Origin: Macrostomum lignano | Lineage: Eukaryota | NCBI GenBank assembly: GCA_002269645.1 | Contig: NIVC01001414.1 | Span: 1-64,000 of the forward strand | DNA length: 64,000 bases | Direction: 5' to 3' | Part shown: in pieces, positions 34,959-45,600 of the stretch | Layout of the letters: each line of letters opens with the position of its first letter | How positions within the stretch are numbered: the stretch's first letter is position 1 | Notes under the pieces: generated by a model | Database searches by the model: none | Told to the model about the DNA's origin: nothing | What the model saw: the letters and a program-made list of their open reading frames with translations, nothing else | Made by a program: the position numbers and the translations under genes

Positions 34959-35879
34959 TGGCTGGCTCCCCTGTCAACGCAGTGGCTGAGTTCGCTAAGA
35001 ACCACGCAGGGCCCGAGAGAAACGGAAGAGTCGAGAGGAGGCGGCATTTCTGAGTCGCTGCAGAGGCCGAGCAGTCGTGAGCAGCACAGCGATGCTCAGC
35101 CAGCAGGCAACTCCAGCTGCTCAAAGCCCAGAATGCACCAGAATGCTCAACCGATCCATCTGCATAAAAAACCTGCAGTGACAACAAAATAAATCCATCA
35201 CATGCTACTCATAGGGTGAAGCGATTCGTGAGTAGTGCTCAAGTGCATTGCCATAGACATGTCCTGAGCTGCTTCTGAGCTGCATCTGCACAGCCGTGAG
35301 CACACAGAAGAGCGGCTATAATCTCTCTCGAATCTGCACTCTCGCACGAGGCCTCACCACAGGTGCAGAGCTCAACCAGCAGCAATGCGAGCGACACCAA
35401 GAAGTGCAGAGTTTCCAACAGAAGCTCTGCTTCTGCAGATCAACGGAAGGTGCGACGTCTCCCCCCCCCAAATGTAGGATGTCTAATAATGAGGCTGATG
35501 AGCATTTTGCAACCTGTTGCTGCCCAATTTGCTCAACTGTAATTGCTTATTGAGCTGCTTGTGACGCTAACTGCTTTTTGTCTGCTTAATATCAAAATCT
35601 AATGTAATTGTTTAATGTTTACTGTTCGATGTTTAAAATTAGTCTTCATTTTACTCCAGTAACTTTAATCTTGCTGTAAATAAGTGCATCCACAGATACT
35701 TTTATATTGTTATGTAGTCCTGTGCAAATTTCAGATACTATATTAAAACTACTACTTTTTTTATTCTTCACCTCAGGAGTAATATCTATGGCGTTTTATT
35801 TCGACTTTAGATAAGATAGCTGATTGAGAGGTTCAATGGTCTCTTTTGAATGCCAAATTTGTTAAATATCTCCTGCATT

Positions 35880-36762
35880 TACTAAGATTATCCAGTCTCT
35901 GTTCACTGAGATTATCCAGTCTCTGTTCACTGAGATTATCCTGTCTCTGTTCACTGAGATTATCCAGTCTCTATTCACTGAGATTATCCAGTCTCTGCTC
36001 ACTGAGATTATCCAGTCTCTATTCACTGAGATTATCCAGTATCTATTCACTGAGATTATCCAGTCTCTATTCACTGAGATTATCCAGTCTCTGTTCACTG
36101 AGATTATCCAGTATCTATTCACTGAGATTATCCAGTCTCTATTCACTGAGATTATCCAGTCTCTGTTCACTGAGATTATCCAGTCTCTATTCACTGAGAT
36201 TATTCAGTCTCTATTCACTGAGATTATCCAGTCTCTGTTCACTGAGATTATCCAGTCTCTATTCACTGAGATTATCCAGTTTCTGTTCACTGAAATTATC
36301 CAGTCTCTATTCACTGAGATTATCCAGTCTCTGTTCACTGAGATTATCCAGTCTCTGTTCACTGAGATTATCCAGTCTCTATTCACTGAGATTATCCAGT
36401 CTCTGTTCACTGAGATTATCCAGTCTCTATTCACTGAGATTATTCAGTCTCTATTCACTGAGATTATCCAGTCTCTGTTCACTGAGATTATCCAGTCTCT
36501 ATTCACTGAGATTATCCAGTTTCTGTTCACTGAGATTATCCAGTCTCTATTCACTGAGATTATCCAGTCTCTGTTCACTGAGATTATCCAGTCTCTGTTC
36601 ACTGAGATTATCCAGTCTCTATTCACTGAGATTATCCAGTTTCTGTTCACTGAGATTATCCAGTCTCTATTCACTGAGATTAACCAGTCTCTGTTCACTG
36701 AGATTATCCAGTCTCTGTTCACTGAGATTATTCAGTCTCTGTTCACTGAGATTATCCAGTCT
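35880..36762. repeat. 24-bp minisatellite TTCACTGAGATTATCCAGTCTCT(G/A)
   Basis: Tandem copies; explains the LRLSSLCS ORF. Confidence 0.95.
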
Positions 36763-38564
36763 CAGCGATGAAAAATTCCCCACTTGCTACCTTTAGTAGT
36801 ATCTGTAATGTAGTTGTGGAGGGAACTGCAACTGTGCTCACTGTGTACTGCAACTGCTCATTTTAATTTAATTTCATTTTATTTTATTGATTTATTTTTA
36901 CGCTAATATTTTATTTGTAAATTGAATTTAGGTAGTAAAAAGTTTTACAATTTCCGAATTAGCAGGGCCATCATTTTGATGGAGTCGGGGCTGAGCCCAA
37001 GCTCTAGGACAATATTCGGGATTTTTCAGGACCAGGAGCTCCTTCGGATCTTAGCTTTCTAATTTTCATTTATATGAGTATACCTGACTCAGTGTCCTCT
37101 CTGTCGTGGTCATCAGGGTCAGTGTCACCTGTCCCGGTGATAATACGCTCGTAGAGGCTCTGATAATGCTAGCATGAAGGCGAAATATTTATTCGGACTC
37201 AATGCATGCCCTTTCATTTCCGGATATAGATTGGAGTCCCTGTTGTGTGAGGCTGCATCTGAGCTTCATGGAAATCTTAAAATATTGAGTATGCAGTCTC
37301 CTCTTCAGCCTCATCTGAGGTTCCCTAGCTTGTATCTGAGGGCGTGGGGGAGGAGACGGGCTTGAGGGACTCAACCGTCATCTTTTTGATATTGACCCAG
37401 AATCTCCGGGGTTCCATGCTAACAACTATTTTTACATGAGTCTTCATAACGTCTATACCAGTGCATCCTAATGATGGAGTGGCTAGTTTTACAGATAGTA
37501 TGTGGAGCTAACTGCTTCCTGGATTTACGATCTGGGACAACTTCGGTAATTGTTTCGTGCATTTTCTCAATGAGTTTATCAATTACTATATTAATGGTAA
37601 TTGGGGAAAATATGGGAGCAGATAATGCTGCAATTTTCTATTTTACCCTGAAAGGCTTACCTAGTGGTTTCCAATTCGGTGTGCCAGAATCTCTTGGAAG
37701 GTATATTTGGGAGCCAATATGGAGCTGGGGTCTAAAATGACCCTCATGGTTATCGGGAGGTGGTGCTCACTGTCCGGGTCTTTACCGACTGAACAGGTTG
37801 GCTGCTCCGAGCCGGAAATTTTTCGTTTTCTCTGCGAATTGGTTGTAGCAGCGACTACTTAAAGTATTGCATGTATGGAATTTCCGCTGAAAATCCCTCA
37901 ATTCGGCTAATTCAGTGCAAGAATACCAATTTCATTTGGCAAAGTAGATCTGTCTGCAATTCTGCGATTTCATAATTATTATGAAATGCCCGACGGATCT
38001 GCAATAATTCTTTGGGATTATTTCATTCCATTTCTAAATCACCATGAGTTCAATAGCACGGGCAAGAAATGCTGCGTATGTAGATTCAACTGTATCCCGT
38101 GCTCAGCCATCTTAAAACTAGTTGCAATTTTAGTTGAACTCTAGCTAGTCTAGCTAAAACTAGTTACTCCTCCTGGCATCTTAAAGCAGTTGCAACAAAA
38201 CCTGAGAACATCTTGAATATGAATCCCAAATGAAGTATTTAGGCACATCATCACGATCGCACTTCAATTCACCCTCTACCCCTAACCCTTCTCTTCCTCT
38301 GCTATGGCTGGGGAGGCCTGCTATTTTTGTGGGAGGCGGAAAAACTGTGAGGGTATTACGCGATGTTTTTCGATGCTCCAATACCTGTTATCTTCTGCCA
38401 TCCAACAGCGGTGGAGGAAATGACAAGACCGGAGGAGGGGATATGCTTTTCTTTAATATTACCTTTCTAAATCTAAAACTAGCCGAGAAGCCGAGGCCAA
38501 TAAGTGGAGAAAAAATGTCTCTTTGGGCTTCCAGTTTGCGTATATTTATGAGCTCTACAATTTC

Positions 38565-38748
38565 CAGGAGCAGATCCAGAGACGGAGGGGGGGGGGGTAA
38601 GAGGCCATGCCCCCCCTCTCAGCCGCGGCCAAAAATTTTGGTCATACTTTTTTAGCCTGCTACTATGCCAGGTTTATTTTCCAATATGGGGTTGTAGTGC
38701 TTGGTATAGCTTGGCCCCCTTCTCAAAAAATTTCTGGATCCGCGCCTG
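38565..38748. mobile_element. hAT-type MITE (184 bp) with 8-bp TSD ACAATTTC
   Basis: Imperfect TIRs CAGGAGCAGATCCAGA / TCTGGATCCGCGCCTG; ACAATTTC at 38557-38564 and 38749-38756. Confidence 0.85.
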
Positions 38749-39379
38749 ACAATTTCATCCCCTGCCGCCGATGAGGTGGGGAACCGCTTTCCTATCGACG
38801 GCGGGGCTTACACAACACAGCGCATGCAATTAAACAGCACTAGACATGGCCGTAACTACGGGGGCGAAGGCTAGACGCTGAGACTTGGCGGATTACTCTG
38901 GTTGCGTTAAAGCATCTGGGGGAGCTCAGTTCACTGTCCTTCTGTGCGGGCCGGCCCACGCATCCACCCCTCGGTTGCCACGCTGGTCGGGGTTGGGCGT
39001 CTGTCCCGGGCCTGCCCGCAGCTCCTCCCCAGGAGCGGCCTCCGCTCTGGGCTCATTAAGAATTCTCCGGCCGGCCGTCTCCGCCTGTCAACCGTCAAGG
39101 TCAAATTGCCGCCTCGCCTTTGATCTCTGTCTGAAATTGATGGGAGCTGCTGTAGCTTTGCCATGCGCTGCGTGTGCTATTGTAGGCTCAGCCTATGCCC
39201 ATTTCTATTGTTCTGTCTTAATAATTTCTAAACCCTATAGAGGGGGTCGGGGCAGATGCAGGGACATAGAAGTAGCACCACTTGACTTGAAGCACAGACT
39301 AATAAGTATAAGCATGCTTCCAGCTCGCTGCTCTCTGTTGATTTACAAAATGCAGCGAAATCAACGTTGCGAGCTGCGG

Positions 39380-39742
39380 CTGCGGTGGCAGTCTTCCATT
39401 TCTTTTCAACTTTCTGCAGCAGATGGTCAGGGAACGCCGGGTAGATGGAAGGAACGGCATTTGGATTTTGAAGCTAGGCAGAAAGCCTGCAAATTTTTCT
39501 TTGAAGCAAGATTCCTCAAAACGCATTGAGCAGACTTGCGTGGATGGCGATGGCTCAGAATCTTTTCTTCTCAGCGCTATCAGCCACTTTTTTCTCATTT
39601 CCTCGTCCTTTGGAAAAGTATGAAAGGACACTCCCGCCAAAGACATTGCTGAGTTGTTCGAGCAGCCAACAGCGCAGCAAAAGCTGCCGTACTTTCCCTT
39701 TCTTTTTCTCGGCAATTTAGAAGATACAGGTTGTTCTTTCAT
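39380..39742 (-). pseudogene. THAP-domain ORF, probably a transposase-derived relic
   Basis: FCCAVGCSN...SFHTFPKDEEMRKKWL...VCSMRFEE (His to Arg). AVPSIYPAFPDHL is recoverable after a frameshift. No DDE core seen. Confidence 0.75.
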
Positions 39743-40224
39743 TTCGTTTTGAGCAACTATTAATTTTTAATAGCTTTGCTTAGCTGTTCAAAGTTAGTAT
39801 AGCATTGCTATTATGGTCCCCAAGCCACATTAATATACATGTATATTTAAAAAAGGGCAGAGTGCAGACAGCTGAAGAAGGGCCAGTCTTCCCCAGGCCA
39901 AAAATATCGATTGTTTTGGGCTGGGGAAGAGAGGACCATTTTTTGCTTTGTCATTTTGTCAAAAACGAGCCAAGGCAAGCAATGCTGGACGCGCTGTTTA
40001 GTAGTACTTATTGGTCTGTGATTAGCCAAGGAGTCCCTGCTTTAAGCCTCAGAATATTAAGTTGAAGTCGGGGCTACTGGATAAGGGATGGGGGTTGAGG
40101 TAGAGCAGGGAAGCAACACAAAGACAAACAAGTTGAAATTTACAAGGCATGAGCTCATGACGCCACGCTGATATACGCGCTTGTTTTATTTTCAGTGCTG
40201 TACAAATGAAGGAATTAGTCGACT

Positions 40225-40842
40225 GGGTCGCTTTCACAAACCCTAAATTTCACAACGTCGAAAACAAAACGCACCAGACTGCATAAACTATAAATTTCAC
40301 AAGTCCTAAATATCACAACGCCTAAAAACACTATGGTGATACAATCTTCTACAATCCTTCTGTATCCTATGTGTCGTGTGTTGCACGTGTTAGGAGTATT
40401 CGCGCTTGGCGAGACTGTGGGCGTAGCCACAGCCCTTTACAAGTATATATTTGAGTTTGTTCATAAACAATAGTGTATGCATGAATAAGAAACTAAAGCG
40501 TCTGGCTGCCACAGTTTGTACATGTATCGCCATAGTGTTTTTAGGCGTTGTGAAATTTAGGTCTTGTGAAATTTAGGTCTTGTGAAATTTAGGTCTTGTG
40601 AAATTTAGGGCTTGTGAAATTTAGGGCTTGTGAAATTTAGGGCTTGTGAAATTTAGGGCTTGTGAAATTTAGGGCTTGTGAAATTTAGGGCTTGTGAAAT
40701 TTAGGGCTTGTGAACTTTAGGTGATGTGCAATCTGCTACATTGCTTATTTTACACGTTGTGAAAATTAGGGTTTATGAAACATAGGTCTTATGAAAGGTT
40801 CTGGTTTCGAAGTAATGAAAATTAAGGTTTGTGAAACGACCC
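40225..40842. mobile_element. Foldback/MITE-like element built from a 16-bp subterminal repeat (TTGTGAAATTTAGG[G/T]C)
   Basis: Termini GGGTCGCTTTCACAAACC / GGTTTGTGAAACGACCC; inner inverted pair 40292-40343 and 40523-40574; ~10 tandem units at 40548-40715. No clear TSD. Confidence 0.65.
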
Positions 40843-42602
40843 TACCTTCCTGCCCCCATTTTTTCCTGCTCTGCCAAGCAGTGAAATAGGGAAATTTCAC
40901 AACGCCTAAAACAGGAAAATGCAGCCTCCTTCACATCGTCTAAATTTCATAACGCCTACAATCTTTGCAATTGCTTCTCTCTTTCACATTCAGTTGTGAA
41001 ATGAAATTTAGGTGATATGAAATTTAAGCGATGTGAAGTCATGTGCTTTAGACGTGAAATTTCACATTTAGGTGATGTGTAATCATGTACATGTGCTTTA
41101 AGCGTTGTGAAATTGTGTATAATCTTTTTTACAAATCAGTTGTTTTCGGATTTCTACGAAACATGTGCTGTTTTGGCATATAGAATTAAATTCAGCATTC
41201 GTTTAAATCCAAGTTTAAGGAATAATATTCCATTGGGGCTGCTCAGAAGATAGAGTTTGACTTTGAGCAGCTAGACTTTGCCTCCTATAGCACATTTTGA
41301 CCATTAATAGGGTTTGAGACAGACAGGGATCTAATGCACCTACCATGTACAGTTCCGAGTACAAAATGACAGCTGAGTAACGGACTTCTAAAAAGCAAAA
41401 TTAATTTGCCTGGGGTCGTACTGTGGTGTCTTTAACATTCCTTTCCGCTCACTGAGGCCACCTTCCCTCAGGTTCTCTTCAGAAACCCCTCGCTGTGTGT
41501 TCTAAGTCCCATTTGGTTCAAGGGGCCTTTCTTTGGCTTTTAGCCATGCAGTCATCATTCGCCGCCGCATGGGATTTTGTCAGCTTTTAGTTATTTATTG
41601 CCCCTCTTCATATTTTCTTGCATTGCTTTTTTTAGTCAAAAGCAGGGTTAATTTCTCGCTTTGTTGATTTACTCGTAGTTATACAAACCAACTCTTCCTC
41701 AAAGATAAATGTCACGTACAGGACAGGGAATTCCCGGGAGTCGACGGGGGCCCCGAATTAGTTTCCCGCCAGCCAATGAAACAATTCATTCCGTGAACCC
41801 AACTGTACATCTTTATATTCATGCTTTTTAAGTTTATGGTTCCTTTCGTTTAGGCCTTTTTATGCTGTTTTGCATGAATGTCTATGTCTCTGCCTCTTCA
41901 GAGACTATTTTCAGCCTCTTTTCTCTGAAATTTTCAGTTTCTACTGTTCACATAGACCTGCCCCACAATAGAGCTGACAATCTTTATCTCAGCATATCTG
42001 TGAGACTTAAGAAGAGCCTCAATGCTATTTCTGCCTAGAAACTGCGAAATAATCATGTTAATAAAAACTTTTCACACTCAATTACCAAGCATGCATCTAT
42101 GAGATTTCACATTTTCGAACTCATGGAGTTTACAGCCAGTGCAGTTGCGGCTTGCAGCACTATTTTTCGGTCAGAAATTTTGAGCAAAAGCAGCAGGCAG
42201 AGTAGAACACTTATTAACAATAATGTGCTCAAGCTGTTTATGTTTGCACTGATCTGACTTCACCGCAACACCGGAGTTGGCTTAAAAAGAGTATCATATT
42301 TACAATTTTAATTGCACCAATTTTACAAAAAATTCACAGTCGCACACTGAGTGCTTTAAGCAGCCATGCACTGTTTTTCAGCAGTTCTGCTGTTCCCTCA
42401 AAGCCAATGGGAGAGGCAGAAAGCTGGGCAGAGGCGGCCGCACAAGCCAGCAAAAGCAGCCGCAATCTGAGCAGGCAGGGTGAGAAGGAATTCGCTGCAG
42501 CTGCTCCAGAGCCAATAAAATCTGCTGCAGAGGCGACCGCTGCCCTGAGGACTCTCGGGCTGAGCTGAGACACCTGCGGCAGCCAGCACAGTGCGATTCA
42601 GC

Positions 42603-45600
42603 ATGTCAAGCGACTCAGAGGATTCTGATAAAGAAACACCATTTCCCGACGAAAAAGTAAGTCAAGAAAAAGTGAGAAAACTGAAGCACAATATTAACTT
42701 TACGCTTGATTGCAGTTTGCAGCTAGAACTGAAGTTTGAATTGATCTCAAACTCACATGTTTGAATGTGCAGCTTGGGTGATTTAAATTGCAGCTGCAGG
42801 AACTCACTCAGCCGGACTCCACCAACCGGGCAAGCGTCGGAGACTCACCAGCCGATCTCCACACTCTCGCCCACGCCGTTATCCGAGGTGACTTCGGCCA
42901 GGTGCGGCGGCTGGCAACGCGCCAGCTGGTCACCAGCGCTGATGCAGCTCGTCGGACCGTCCTCATGCAGGTGGCCGACGCTCCTGAGAGTCCCGTGCAC
43001 ACTGAAAAGTGCATCTTGTACTTATTTGAGCTGGGAGCGAACCTCAAGGCGGCTGACGCGAACGGCGACACGGCTGCGCACCTGGCAGCCCGGCGGGACC
43101 ACCTGCGGCTGCTGACGCTGCTGTCGTTCGATGCGAAGTGGCTGCGGAACGACAACGGCGCCACTCCGATGATGGAGGCGGCGCGGACTGGAAGCTGGAA
43201 ATGCGCCAAGCACCTGCTGCACCTGCTCAGACAGTACAGGTTCAATGAGTCCCAGAAGCACGGAAACTCGAAGAGGTCGCAGCTGCTCGGACTGAAGGAT
43301 CACGAGGGTCGGACGGCGTCGGACCTGGCGAGGCTCAGCAGCCACTCAGAGCTGGCCAGCTACATCCAGCGGTGAGTGCCTTTGTGCACCTGTCTGGGGC
43401 GTGTGAGAAGTCGGATGCGCTCTCGCCAATACTAGGCCATATGAATATAATGAGCAACTGCTCCAACTCAAGCATTTACTCGGGCCTGTATGAATAAACT
43501 GAGAAATTGTTGATGAGAAAATGCTCATGAGAATTTTCTCAAGAGAATTTGCTCCGATTTCAGAGCAAATAATACTCTGAAATGTACTGATCGTTGCAGA
43601 GCTGCAGCAGTCCTTTTGGAAACGCCACCTGAGTCGGAGCAATTGCTCAATCGTGAGAATGTTCTCTGAATCTGAGCAAGTGCTCATCGGGGGTATGAAT
43701 AAAGAATAAACTCAAACTCTGAGAATATTCTCCGTAGCTTGAGTAACTGATCAGAATGTTTTTGGCCAAGGCAAAAATCGTTCATACGGCTTCTTGCCGT
43801 TAGTACGGCTTTTTACGGCTTTTTAGGGTTTCTTACTTACGACTGCTTTTTCTCTCGCTTCTCAGAGCAAACTGGCTTAAAAGTTCAGAAGCAAGTTTTT
43901 GGCCACAAACAGAAAAAAGAGCCCATGCTCCAGAGTTTGAAAATCTCAAGAAAAGCTTAGTTTCAGTTTTCAGGAGTTTAGCTTTGACTGCTTCTATCAG
44001 ATTTTTACACTGCGACTCGTTCTTGAGTCTGCCAGGAGGCTGCCTCAACGTTGTCTCACGATTTCGCGGGCAAGACGGCAGATTCCGTGCCCGCTGTTTT
44101 AGTCTATGGCCAATCGTGAAACAACATAGTTCTGACTATGGATTTTCAGGCAGGAATTAGCTGAATCCTCGGGCTTCGCATTTTCTCTGAAATCGGAGCA
44201 AATTCTCTTAAAAAAATTCTCATGAAAAATTTCTCAGTTTATTCATACAGGCCCGAGTAAATGCTTGAGTTGGAGCAGTTGCTCATTTTATTCATATGGT
44301 CTAATTTGAAATTTCTGTTTACTAACTCATCATGAAAATTCTATTGTACACTTTACGCTCGTAAATTCAATTTTAGTGATTGCTGTAGTCGGATTTTAGA
44401 AAATTGAGAATTTGCTGCTCATTTTTATTATTGCAGGGAGATGCGGTTGCTTGTGGATGCAGATAATTCAATCTCCGGCCTGACAGACCAGGTGAGCGGC
44501 ATCTGCGGTGCCGATGCGGCTGCAGCTGAGCCGCTGTGCTCAATTTTCCCGATTGCCTTTGCAGGATGAGGCGGATCGACAGGAACTGCAGCGGCTGGCC
44601 GAGGCGGGCGACTCTGCGGGGCTGCGGCGAGCGGCGACCCGCGGCAGCTGCGACCTGCCTGACAGTAGGGGTTTCACCGCGTTGATGTGGGCAGCTGGGA
44701 ACAGCTCGTGCGGTGATGAGGCTCTGTGGAAGCAGCTGGTGAAGCTGGGTGACCCCGCCTGTGCAACAGAAACCTCTTTAAGCTGCCTGCATTTTTCTGC
44801 CGAGGCTGGCAATTCTGCCGCAGCCTCCGCTCTGCTGGCTGCCGGAGCCTCCGCCAATGCCATAGAGGCGGGGATGAGTGAATACACGCCCCTCATGCTG
44901 GCAGCCATTTCGGCGCCCCCCGCCACCGCTGCCGCAGTCGGTCGGGTTCTGCTGGACTCAGGGGCGGATTGGAGCATGATGAATTACGGCGGCATGACTG
45001 CGCCGGAATTCGCCACACTGCAGGAGGAAAAGAGTGAACTGGCTGAGCTGCTGCGTGGGTGAGTTTCCATGGCGACTGAGAATGTCTCTCTGACTTTGAT
45101 TTATCATTGATTAACATTATGCTGTAATTTATGATTGAATATTGAGCAGCTGACTGCAGTTGCTCTAAGTGGACATTTTTACATTTTTGTAGTTTAAATG
45201 GGCAGCAGGGACTGACTGAGCTGCATTGAGGGAGTTTGCAGTGCAGTTTGACTGCAGATTGCCAGTTGAATATTAATGTTCAGCTGCCTGCGAGCTGTGA
45301 GACACCAGCAAGCAGTTTGCTGCGACATTTGAGTTAAAAATTTAAATAGGCAATTTTCTGATGTTTAAAATCTATGATTGTAAACAAGCAATTACAAGCA
45401 ATTTTATTTAGTAATTTATTTAAAAAAATTGATGAAATTACCTACAGAGCATGAGTTCTCACCTGAATTCCCTTGAATTCAGACTCCACACTTCCTATTT
45501 AGGTGCGACAACAAGATATACTTCGACGAGCCTCTGGCACTGCCGTGAGTTCATTTGGCACATAAATATTTAGCTACAACAGACTAAAACAGCCAACACA

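Noticed and set aside
30871-36796. Hydrophobic or repetitive ORFs resembling membrane or mucin proteins (30871-31574, 34003-35187, 35846-36796)
   Set aside because: Produced by the 11-, 17- and 24-bp arrays.
37100-37800. Possible degraded retroelement integrase tail on the minus strand
   Set aside because: Multiple stops and only vague similarity; not supportable by eye.
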